Below are positions 45,095 to 53,727 of a DNA stretch of 64,000 bases, piece after piece (the first letter of the stretch is position 1; each line of letters begins with the position of its first letter). A program made the translations under genes and the position numbers. Source of the DNA: an uncultured Planctomycetales bacterium. GTDB lineage: Bacteria; Planctomycetota; Phycisphaerae; UBA1845; PWPN01. The notes beneath the pieces are model-generated. The model was not told the DNA's origin, made no database searches, and saw only the letters and a list, made by a program, of their open reading frames with translations. Location: the NCBI GenBank assembly GCA_964586235.1, contig CAZPIO010000014.1, forward strand, positions 8,482-72,481, read 5' to 3'.

Positions 45095-45510
45095 CCGTCA
45101 TCGGCTTGCGGGTTTCGTCACCTTGCCATCCTTTCGATGACTGAACCTGACGGGGGCCGGAAACCCAGTGGGTCAGATCAGATTCGCGGCAGGCTGTCAT
45201 CGCCCGCGCGTCACCATCGCCGAACCGCGGGAAAGCTCGTCGACAGCGGCAAATCCAGAGCGGATGATAGGATTGCCCCGCGGCTCTTGTCAACCGCCCA
45301 TGGCTTTAATTTGCGGCCGGCCCCCCGCTCGATTATCGTTCTCGCCAAAAGGTGTGACGCGCAGCGACCGCGGATCCGAGCGAAACCGTCTCAGACCCTG
45401 ACCGGCTGGATGTGGAGACGCGTAGGAGCGGCTTGCAGCCGCGATCTATCGTCGGAGCGGTCTCTGACCGCGATCACACTGCTGATCAGCCAGATGCGGA
45501 GACGCGTGCA

Positions 45511-46605
45511 ATGGCAGCGGACGAAAGCCGCCGACAGAGTGCGACCACGGATGACAACAGCGGGCAAGGCCATCAGCGACTGAGCATCGAGCGGCTCAGA
45601 GAATGGGAAAACCTGCGCTACGGGATGTTCATCCACTTCGGCATGAGCACCTTCGTCAACCTGACCGGCAAGGTGTATCACAAACCCACCGGCGAGGATC
45701 CGCCGGCCGTGTACGCCCCTGACCGCCTCGACGTGGAGCAATGGGTCAGCGTCGCCCGCGATGCAGGGATGAAATATGCCGTCCTGACCGCCAAGCACAT
45801 CGCCGGCTTCTGCCTCTGGCCAAGCGCTCATACCGATTATTCCGTAGCCAACGGCGGCAACAAGACCGACGTCGTGGAAGCCTTCGTCAGGGCCTGCGAG
45901 CGCAAGGGTGTGCTGCCGGGGCTCTACTACAGCTCCTACGACAACCACCACCGCTGGGGCAGCCGCACGCGAAGCGACTTCGCCACCAGACAGGCCTACG
46001 AACGGCTCTTCGCCGTTCGTCCCAGATTCGGCGGCGCAAGCTGCGCCCGCGAAGATGACGATCAGCGCATGCCCTACACCACGTCGCACTACCAGGCCTT
46101 CCAGACGGCCCAGGTCACCGAGTTGCTCACCCGTTACGGCCGGATCATGGAACTGTGGATCGACCACCCGGAAGTGATGGGCCGCGGATACCGCACGTTC
46201 TTCTACCAGCACGCGACTTCGCTGCAGCCCGACATGGTCATCATGATGAACAACGGCCTGCCCGACAGCACCGAGTACGACGTGGACTACGCCTGGCCGG
46301 CCGACCTCATGGCCATGGAAGGTGGAGCCCCGCCGCCGGACGGCTACCGGAAATGGCGTTGCATCGAGAGGAAGATGTATTACCTGCCCGGAGAAGTCTG
46401 CGATTCAATCGCCCCCATACGGCAGGACTGGTTCTGGCTCGAGGGCGATCAGCCTCGACCGCAGGAGGACCTGCTGAAGCAGTTCCGCGCTTGCCTCGAC
46501 GGTGGAGCAAACTACCTGCTCAACGTCCCCCCCGACCGCCACGGCCGCATACCCGGCAATTTCGTCGATACCCTGGCCCGGATTCGAGGGCACATGAACA
46601 TGTAG
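45511..46605 (+). CDS. GH29-like alpha-L-fucosidase
   Basis: RLREWENLRYGMFIHFGMSTF, AKHIAGFCLWPSAHTDYSV, DVVEAFVRACERKGVLPGLYYS. The start is uncertain (GTG 45412 or ATG 45511). No obvious signal peptide. Confidence 0.65.
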   Translation: MAADESRRQSATTDDNSGQGHQRLSIERLREWENLRYGMFIHFGMSTFVNLTGKVYHKPTGEDPPAVYAPDRLDVEQWVSVARDAGMKYAVLTAKHIAGFCLWPSAHTDYSVANGGNKTDVVEAFVRACERKGVLPGLYYSSYDNHHRWGSRTRSDFATRQAYERLFAVRPRFGGASCAREDDDQRMPYTTSHYQAFQTAQVTELLTRYGRIMELWIDHPEVMGRGYRTFFYQHATSLQPDMVIMMNNGLPDSTEYDVDYAWPADLMAMEGGAPPPDGYRKWRCIERKMYYLPGEVCDSIAPIRQDWFWLEGDQPRPQEDLLKQFRACLDGGANYLLNVPPDRHGRIPGNFVDTLARIRGHMNM

Positions 46606-46620
46606 ACAGGGAGTAAGCGG

Positions 46621-48387
46621 GTGTTCGGCTTCAACATCATCGACGTCGCCGTCATCACGGTGTACTTGATCGGCATCACGCTCCTGGGCGTCCGCATGGG
46701 CCGATCCGTGCGTGACTCCCAGGACTTTTTTGTCGGCGGGCGGCGGTTCGGTAAGCTCCTGGCCATATTCAGCGTCTTCGGCTCGGGCACGCATTCCGAC
46801 CAGGCGGTCAGCGTCGTCTCGAAAACATACCAGGTCGGCGTCTCCGGCATCTGGTACCAGTGGCTCTACCTGTTCACAACCCCGTTCAACTGGTGGATCG
46901 CGCCCATCCTCCGCCGCTGCAGGGCGATCACCACCGCCGATTTCTTCGAGGCCCGCTATCACCAGAGCGTTTCGCTGCTCTATATCCCGTTCGGCTTCGC
47001 GAACATGATGGTCAGCATCGGCCTGCTGCTCAAAGGGGCCGGGGCCGTCATCGGCGCCAGTGCCGGCGGCCAGGTCAGCGAAGGCTGGGCCATCGCCGCC
47101 ATGACCGTCATGTTCGTCATCTACAACGTCGTCGGGGGACTGGCCGCCGCGATCGTCACCGACTTCGTCCAGGGCCTGCTGACCATCTTCTTCTCGTTCA
47201 TCCTGCTGCCATTCGCCCTGTACAAGCTCGGTGGGTTCGCCGGCCTGCATTCCGGCGTGGCCGACGCCGTTCAATTGACCCAGGAGGCTCAGCCGGGTCA
47301 ACCGTTTCCGAGCGTAGAGGATTTGTGGAGTCTGGCAACCACTTCATCAACGGGTGAGATCGGGTGGTTCTATGTGATCATGCTCGCGGTCAACGGCCTG
47401 ATCGGCATTGTCGCCCAGCCGCATACGATGCCGATCTCCGGCGCGGTCAAGAGCGAGCGTGAGGCCCAGATCGGCAGCGTGTACGGAATGATCATGAAGC
47501 GGATCTGCACCATCGCCTGGACGCTGCTCGGGATGTGCGCCATCGCCCTCTACCCCGCCGTGACCAACAAGGCGGATATGGACCTGATGTTCGGGCGCCT
47601 GGCCCACGACCTGTTGCCGCAGGTGGCTCCGGGCATGATCGGGCTGTTCATCGCCTCGCTGCTGGCCTCGATCATGGCCGCTTGCGGTGCCTTTATGCTG
47701 ACCTGTTCGGCCCTGTTCACCCACCAGGTCTATCGCCCGCTGATCGCCCCGGGTGCAAGCCAGCGGCATTACGTCAACGTCGGCCGAATCGCGGCTGCGC
47801 TGACTGTGGCCGGAGGCATTCTCATCGCCTGGAGACTGCCCGATGTTGTCCGCGGCGTTGAGCTCTTCTGGATGGTCTCAGCCCTGATGGCCATCCCATT
47901 CTGGACCGGCCTCTTCTGGCGCCGAGCCACCACCCCGGCCGCCTGGGCCGCGACGCTGGTCTCGTTTGCGGTGTTTTACGTGACCGATCAGGAGTGGTTC
48001 GCTCGCTGGGCCCAGGGCCACGCGAGTTTCCTTCTCTTCCAGCCGACTGCCGCGAAGATCTACCTGCCCTGGCAGATGCTGCTCTACCTGTCGGCTGGCG
48101 CGATCACCATGATCGCAGTCAGCCTCTTAACCACCCCGCCCCCCCGCGAGCGACTCGATTTGTTCTACGCCACACTCCGCACGCCCATCCAGCCGGGTGA
48201 ACGCGTCCAGGAATCCCTCCGTCTGCCGCCCGGCGTGCAGCCCGCCCCGCAGCACAAGTTAATCAATCATCCCGACTGGGAAATCCAGGTCCCCACGCGA
48301 CGGGGCATCCTCGGCTTCCTGCTCGCCTGGCTCATGGTCCTCGCTCTGATTGCCATCATGTGGCTGCTGGTCCGGATCGGGGCCTGA
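46621..48387 (+). CDS. Sodium:solute symporter (SSS) family transporter
   Basis: 588 aa with about 13 hydrophobic segments. DFFVGGRRFGKLLAIFSVFGSGTHSDQAV is the typical SSS N-terminal motif region. GTG start. Confidence 0.8.
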   Translation: MFGFNIIDVAVITVYLIGITLLGVRMGRSVRDSQDFFVGGRRFGKLLAIFSVFGSGTHSDQAVSVVSKTYQVGVSGIWYQWLYLFTTPFNWWIAPILRRCRAITTADFFEARYHQSVSLLYIPFGFANMMVSIGLLLKGAGAVIGASAGGQVSEGWAIAAMTVMFVIYNVVGGLAAAIVTDFVQGLLTIFFSFILLPFALYKLGGFAGLHSGVADAVQLTQEAQPGQPFPSVEDLWSLATTSSTGEIGWFYVIMLAVNGLIGIVAQPHTMPISGAVKSEREAQIGSVYGMIMKRICTIAWTLLGMCAIALYPAVTNKADMDLMFGRLAHDLLPQVAPGMIGLFIASLLASIMAACGAFMLTCSALFTHQVYRPLIAPGASQRHYVNVGRIAAALTVAGGILIAWRLPDVVRGVELFWMVSALMAIPFWTGLFWRRATTPAAWAATLVSFAVFYVTDQEWFARWAQGHASFLLFQPTAAKIYLPWQMLLYLSAGAITMIAVSLLTTPPPRERLDLFYATLRTPIQPGERVQESLRLPPGVQPAPQHKLINHPDWEIQVPTRRGILGFLLAWLMVLALIAIMWLLVRIGA

Positions 48388-48436
48388 TCACCGACGACTG
48401 CGACTCGGGTGCGTCTCTTCTTCAGTGACAGCCGGA

Positions 48437-48480
48437 TCCGTGTGCCACTGCTCTGCAAGCAATGCTCCATGTGCCACTGG
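48437..48480. repeat. Intergenic repeat copy 2 (same 19-nt core) plus a second partial TGTGCCACTG copy
   Basis: TCCGTGTGCCACTGCTCTGcaagcaatgctccaTGTGCCACTGg, between the convergent transporter and sulfatase genes. Confidence 0.6.
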
Positions 48481-48538
48481 CTGCTCGTCAGCCAGTGTGT
48501 TCTGCCGCGATGAGCCCTCACGTCCTCCACGCCGATTC

Positions 48539-49909
48539 TCACGGCCGGCGTTGTCGCCCTGTCTGCGGGTTTTCCCACAGCGGCTCGATATTGTCGCGAT
48601 TCCATTCCTCGTAGGCTCTGGTCAGCGAAGCCACAACGTCCTGCTGCTGGGCAGCCAGGTTTGTCTGTTCTGAGATATCCTGACTCAGATCGAAAAGCTG
48701 ATCGCTTTGCCCGCCATGCACGAGCTTCCAGTTCCCCTCGCGCACCGCCCACGACGCCCCGCCTGATACGCGCCAGAAGAGCCGCTCGTGCGGCGGGGTC
48801 TTCGTCCGTCCCGACAGATGAGGCATGAAGTCCACGCCGTCGAGCCTGGCGGAAGCGGGCACTCTGGCACCACAAACGGCCGCAATGGTCGGCAGGAAGT
48901 CGATCGTCGAAACCGGCTCATCACAGACGCCTGGTTTCAGCACGCCTTTCCACTGAACCAGGAAGGGTACGCGGATACCGCCCTCGAAAAGCTGCCCCTT
49001 GGCCCCACGTAATGGGGTGTTGGTCGAAGAATTCGGGGCGATGGGGCCGCCGTTGTCACTGAGGAAGAAGACCAGCGTATTACCCTCCAGCCTCAGCTCA
49101 CCAAGCGTGGCCAGCACCTGGCCCACACCGTCATCCATCGCGCTGAGCATCGCCGCGTAGGTCCGCCGGTTCTGGTCGCCGATCTCCTTGAACCGGTCGA
49201 GATACTTGGGCGGCGCCTGCAGCGGCCCGTGAACCGCGTTGTAGGCCAGATAGAGGAAGAACGGCCTATCCTTGTTCCGCTCGATGAACCCGATCGCCTC
49301 GCGGCTGAACGCATCAGTCAGGTACTCTCTCTCGTCGACGCTCTCCTGATTGCGCATCAGCGGAACCAGGTATTCGGCGGCCCCCTTGCGGTCGGGCAGA
49401 TACATGTGCCCCCCGCCGATGAAGCCGAAATACTCGGCGAAGCCCCGCCTGTTGGGATGGAAGCGCGGGGCGGCCCCGAGGTGCCACTTCCCGACCGCGC
49501 CGGTCACATAGCCGGCCTCTTTCATCACATCGGCGATCGTGATCTGGCTGAGCGGCAGCCCGAGCTTGTCGTCGGCGGGATCCCATTTCGGGTTATTCTC
49601 GTGCCCGAACCGGTGCTGGTACCGCCCGGTCATCAGCGAGGCCCGCGTGGGGCTGCAGAATGAATGCGCCGCGTAACCGCTGGTGCATCGAATGCCGCTG
49701 GCGGCCAGCGAGTCGATGTGCGGCGTCCGGATGTCCTTGCAGCCGTGGCAACCCAGATCGCCGTATCCCAGGTCGTCCGCCAGGATCACGATGACGTTCG
49801 GCCTTGTCCGCGATCCATCGGCCGCGCCCACCGCCGTCGCCCCGGCCACAATCGCGCAGGAAAAAGCCACGAGGAGAACCAAGCTTCTGCACATCTGATT
49901 CCCTTTCAT
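48539..49909 (-). CDS. Secreted sulfatase (formylglycine-dependent, arylsulfatase/GALNS-like)
   Basis: Signal peptide present. NVIVILADDLGYGDLG. The CSPTRASLMTGR motif is the C-x-P-x-R formylglycine site. Also GKWHLG and LSDNGG. Confidence 0.9.
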   Translation of the reverse strand: MKGNQMCRSLVLLVAFSCAIVAGATAVGAADGSRTRPNVIVILADDLGYGDLGCHGCKDIRTPHIDSLAASGIRCTSGYAAHSFCSPTRASLMTGRYQHRFGHENNPKWDPADDKLGLPLSQITIADVMKEAGYVTGAVGKWHLGAAPRFHPNRRGFAEYFGFIGGGHMYLPDRKGAAEYLVPLMRNQESVDEREYLTDAFSREAIGFIERNKDRPFFLYLAYNAVHGPLQAPPKYLDRFKEIGDQNRRTYAAMLSAMDDGVGQVLATLGELRLEGNTLVFFLSDNGGPIAPNSSTNTPLRGAKGQLFEGGIRVPFLVQWKGVLKPGVCDEPVSTIDFLPTIAAVCGARVPASARLDGVDFMPHLSGRTKTPPHERLFWRVSGGASWAVREGNWKLVHGGQSDQLFDLSQDISEQTNLAAQQQDVVASLTRAYEEWNRDNIEPLWENPQTGRQRRP

Positions 49910-50259
49910 CCGCGCGCGTGGAGTCTGCTTGCGGCCTCAATGCGCCTGTATATGTTGCCCCTTGGGGCCAGCTAATTCAAGTACACGTTCGGAGTGGACC
50001 CTCTTTCGCCCCCGCCGATCGTGATGACCCAGGCGAGGCCGCGAGGGCCGCCGCGTCCCACGAGATCGCGAGAGCCCCTCAACCGCATGGACACAATGAG
50101 CGGCACTCGCTATATAATGCCGGAACACACCCCGGGGCGTAGCCGGGCAAGGCTTAGATGGGAGGTGCCGGTCATTTCGTGTCTTGGGTGCAGGCCGTTG
50201 CGTTATTTCACTCAAGTCGACCACCGCAATTCGCCTTACGACGCTCGGAGATACGGGTC

Positions 50260-51213
50260 ATGCAACACCACTCTCGTAAATTGAAACGGTCGATGTTCTT
50301 TTGCGGGATTTCGATGGGTTGTCTCTGCTTGGGCGGCGGCTGCGGCCGGATCCTGCTGACCGCCGACGATGCCGTGATGCGGCCGGACGGCAAGGTCCGC
50401 CTGAGGGCCTACCTCGAGCGAAAGACAAGCAAGTTCTCGCGAGACAGTATCGAGAGCCACGCGGTCCGGTTCATGGTCAACGGGCGGCTGGTCGGCCAAG
50501 GCAGGACCGACGACGACGGGCTGGCCACATTTCTGTACGCCATCGGGGACCAGTCGGCCGGCTCTTTCACCGCCGAGACCGAAATCGATGGGCAGACGCT
50601 CCGCGACCAACGCCCTATCTTCCGACTCAAGCCCGACCGGATCGGCATCATCGTGGACATCGATGGCACCGTGTCCAGAACGGACTCATTCGACGTGGTG
50701 GCGAGCAAGCAAGGCAGGAAATCCCGGCCGATCGATCAGTCCCCTCGTGTCGTCCGGAAGCTGGCCGCCACGTACAACATCGCGTTCCTGACGGCCCGTC
50801 CACGGTTCCTGCTGGCCAAGACGCGGCGGTGGATCAACGAGCACGGCTATCCTGATGTGCCACTCTACATTGCTCCCGGACTGCGCAAGGCAATGGACCC
50901 GGAACAGTTCAAGCGAGACACGCTGGCCATGGCCCAACAGGGTTTTCCCAATCTGCTCATCGGGATCGGTGACAAGAAGAGCGACTCACACGCCTACGGA
51001 GCCAACGGCATGCTGACCCTGATCGTGGGCCAGGAGCCAGACGAGGATTTCGGCAACCACGCGCTGCTGCTGCAGAACTGGGAGATGCTCGACCGGTTCT
51101 TCGACGCCAATTCCGAGTTGTTGCACGATCCTGACCGCCTGCGCCGGACCATCAAGGAGGGGGGCATCGTTGGGGTCCCATTGTCGCCGTGGCGGGGTGA
51201 GCCGGCCAACTGA
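50260..51213 (+). CDS. Putative HAD-superfamily phosphatase (LNS2/App1-like) with an N-terminal lipoprotein-like signal
   Basis: MQHHSRKLKRSMFFCGISMGCLCLGGGC, then a beta-rich domain, then IIVDIDGTVS (DxDxT), FLTARP and IGDKKSD. The family call is tentative. Confidence 0.4.
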   Translation: MQHHSRKLKRSMFFCGISMGCLCLGGGCGRILLTADDAVMRPDGKVRLRAYLERKTSKFSRDSIESHAVRFMVNGRLVGQGRTDDDGLATFLYAIGDQSAGSFTAETEIDGQTLRDQRPIFRLKPDRIGIIVDIDGTVSRTDSFDVVASKQGRKSRPIDQSPRVVRKLAATYNIAFLTARPRFLLAKTRRWINEHGYPDVPLYIAPGLRKAMDPEQFKRDTLAMAQQGFPNLLIGIGDKKSDSHAYGANGMLTLIVGQEPDEDFGNHALLLQNWEMLDRFFDANSELLHDPDRLRRTIKEGGIVGVPLSPWRGEPAN

Positions 51214-51300
51214 TAGCATGTCTCGACTCAACAGACGCTGACCCTACCGGTTTCCGCGGCCATATGATACGATGATCGCGGTCCACTGGAGGCATATCGC

Positions 51301-53520
51301 ATGGATCCCTGCGTAAGGAAGAGCTCCCATCCGCACGGCGTCCTGAACGGAATCATCTGGACGCTCGTCCTGTTGACCCTGAGCACCCCGGCCAATGGCC
51401 AGACGACAACTCCAGCCGGCAGGCTTGTCGCAGGAGCACATGCCGTCGATATCACCCCAACGGAGTTCCCGGTCATCGTCAACGGCGGCTTCCTCGAACG
51501 GACAGCCGACAAGGTCAACGACCGGCTCCATGCCAGGTGCCTCGTGCTCGGCAGCGGCGACGAACGGGTCGCCATTGTCGTGGTGGACAGTTGCGTCCTG
51601 CCTCGCGAACTGCTCGACGAAGCCAAGGAACTGGCGTCCAAGTCCACCGGCATCGCGACCGACCACATGATGATCTCGGCCACCCACACCCACAGTGCCC
51701 CCTCGGCCATGGGCTGCCTCGGCACCGATGCAGATACGGCCTATGCGGCGAAGCTGCCAGCGTGGATCGCCGAGTGCATCACCACGGCAGCCAGGAAGCT
51801 CGCCCCGGCAAGAATCGGCTGGACGACGGCCAACGATCCCGAGCACACGCACTGCCGCCGGTGGATCCTCCGGCCGGACAAGATCGGCCTCGACCCCTTC
51901 GGCGAGCCGACCATTCGTGCCATGATGCATCCGGGCTATCGCAACCCGGATTACCAGGGACCGGCCGGCCCGGTCGATTCGGAGCTCAGCCTTCTGTCGG
52001 TCCAATCGCAGGATGGCCGTCCGATTGCCCTGTTGGCCAATTACTCGATGCACTACGCCGGGGCTTCGGATATTTCCGCCGATTACTGCGGGCTGTTCGC
52101 GGAGAAGATGGTCGACCTGCTCGGCGGCCGGAACTCAGCGCCCACGCCGGTGGTGATGATGTCGCAGGGCACCAGCGGCGACCAGCACTGGATGGACTAC
52201 AGCCGGGCCGCGCCCAGGCACAACATGGAAACGATCGCGGAAGGGCTGTCGCAGATCGCGATCCGGGCACATCGCGGCATCCTGTACAGCGACTCCGGCC
52301 CGCTGACCATGATCGAGAAAAGACTCACCCTGGGCGTTCGCCTGCCGGATCAGAAGCGTCTCGAAGCGGCCAAGGCGACTGTGGCCCGGATGCAGGGACG
52401 CAAGCCAAAGGACATCAAGGAGGTATACGCCTGCGAGCAGGTGTTTCTGAATCAGCGCCCGCAGCGAGAACTGAAACTACAGACTATCCGACTCGGCGAT
52501 CTCGGCATCACCGCCATCCCGTGCGAGGTCTTCGGCCTGACCGGCCTTCGCATCAAGGCCCAAAGCCCCCTCCGGCCGACGTTTAACATCAGCCTGGCCA
52601 ATGGCGAAGAGGGCTATATTCCTCCACCGGCACAGCACAAGCTGGGCGGATACACCACCTGGCCCGCCCGGACCGCCCAACTCGAAGTCCAGGCCGAGCC
52701 CAGGATCGTCGAGACGTTGCTGTCGATGCTTGAGCAGGCTGCCGGCCGTCCTCGCCGTGTGATCGATGACCGCCCTGACCCCGCCGACACCCGTGCGCAG
52801 GCCATCCTCGCCTCGAGACCCGTTGCCTGGTGGCCGATGAACGAATTCGAAGGCCCGACGGCCATGGACATCTCCGGCCGCAACAATCACGGCACCTATG
52901 AAGGCGGCATTGCCTTCTATCTGGACGGTCCATCGTTCGAACGCCCCCAGGCCAACGGCCCGATCAACCCGTCACCCCACTTCGCCGGCGGGCGCATGGA
53001 AGCCCGTCTGAAGGGCCTTGGCCAGCATTACACGCTCGAAATGTGGTTCTGCAACTACATGCCCTCCGACGCCCGGGAGGTCACCGGCCGTCTCTTCTGC
53101 CGCAGATCCGGGTCTCAAGACGAGCCAGCCAGTGACATGCTGATGATCGGCGGCGCAGGGCCGGCTTCGGGCAAGCTCATTTTCCGGGCAGGCAAGTCGG
53201 ACCCGGCGACATCGACCGGCACAAGCCAGATCGCATCCAAAACGTGGAACCACCTCGCCCTCGTCCGGAACGGGCAGCAGGTGAACGTCTATCTCAACGG
53301 CAGGCCCGACCCCGAGATCTCCGTCAGCACAGAGGCCCCGCCGTTGTCCGATCAGTTCATCATCGCCGCAGGGCAAGATGCCCAGAACAGCTTCGAGGGC
53401 AGAATCGACGATGTCGTCATCTACGATCGCCCCCTGCCGCCCGACGAGATCCAGCCTCACTGGCGGGCACCCTCAGTCACCATGCTGCAGAACCCAGAGA
53501 CCGGGACTGAACAGCGGTAG
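51301..53520 (+). CDS. Neutral/alkaline ceramidase-like N-terminal domain fused to a C-terminal LamG/concanavalin-like domain
   Basis: Signal peptide present. AGAHAVDITP...LHARCLVLG...VAIVVVDSC...MISATHTHSAPS. The C-terminus WNHLALVRNGQQVNVYLNGRP...FEGRIDDVVIYDRPL is the LamG signature. Confidence 0.55.
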   Translation: MDPCVRKSSHPHGVLNGIIWTLVLLTLSTPANGQTTTPAGRLVAGAHAVDITPTEFPVIVNGGFLERTADKVNDRLHARCLVLGSGDERVAIVVVDSCVLPRELLDEAKELASKSTGIATDHMMISATHTHSAPSAMGCLGTDADTAYAAKLPAWIAECITTAARKLAPARIGWTTANDPEHTHCRRWILRPDKIGLDPFGEPTIRAMMHPGYRNPDYQGPAGPVDSELSLLSVQSQDGRPIALLANYSMHYAGASDISADYCGLFAEKMVDLLGGRNSAPTPVVMMSQGTSGDQHWMDYSRAAPRHNMETIAEGLSQIAIRAHRGILYSDSGPLTMIEKRLTLGVRLPDQKRLEAAKATVARMQGRKPKDIKEVYACEQVFLNQRPQRELKLQTIRLGDLGITAIPCEVFGLTGLRIKAQSPLRPTFNISLANGEEGYIPPPAQHKLGGYTTWPARTAQLEVQAEPRIVETLLSMLEQAAGRPRRVIDDRPDPADTRAQAILASRPVAWWPMNEFEGPTAMDISGRNNHGTYEGGIAFYLDGPSFERPQANGPINPSPHFAGGRMEARLKGLGQHYTLEMWFCNYMPSDAREVTGRLFCRRSGSQDEPASDMLMIGGAGPASGKLIFRAGKSDPATSTGTSQIASKTWNHLALVRNGQQVNVYLNGRPDPEISVSTEAPPLSDQFIIAAGQDAQNSFEGRIDDVVIYDRPLPPDEIQPHWRAPSVTMLQNPETGTEQR

Positions 53521-53643
53521 GCAATAGGCTCCCGGCGAGCGATAATCTTCCGATGAGGCTGCAGCCCTCGACTCTGCCCTCGGCCCAAGGCCCGAAATCA
53601 AGCGGAGCGAGTGGAGATGGGCACAGCTCCAGTCGCCTGTCTC

Positions 53644-53672
53644 TTGTTTTAAAGTCTCGCTTGTGGTATCAT
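53644..53672 (+). promoter_or_regulatory. Candidate sigma70-type promoter TTGTTT-17 nt-TATCAT
   Basis: TTGTTTtaaagtctcgcttgtggTATCAT sits 56 nt upstream of ATG 53728, in an intergenic region that is locally AT-richer. Confidence 0.3.
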
Positions 53673-53727
53673 GCAGCAGTAACGGAGAAGCACCAAATAA
53701 CACCAGTGCCTGCCGGAGGATCGAGAA

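Noticed and set aside
42598-47301. ORFs 42598-43863 (+), 43915-45144 (+), 45391-46212 (-) and 46405-47301 (-)
   Set aside because: These are shadow frames opposite the aminotransferase, Gfo/Idh/MocA, GH29-like and SSS transporter genes.
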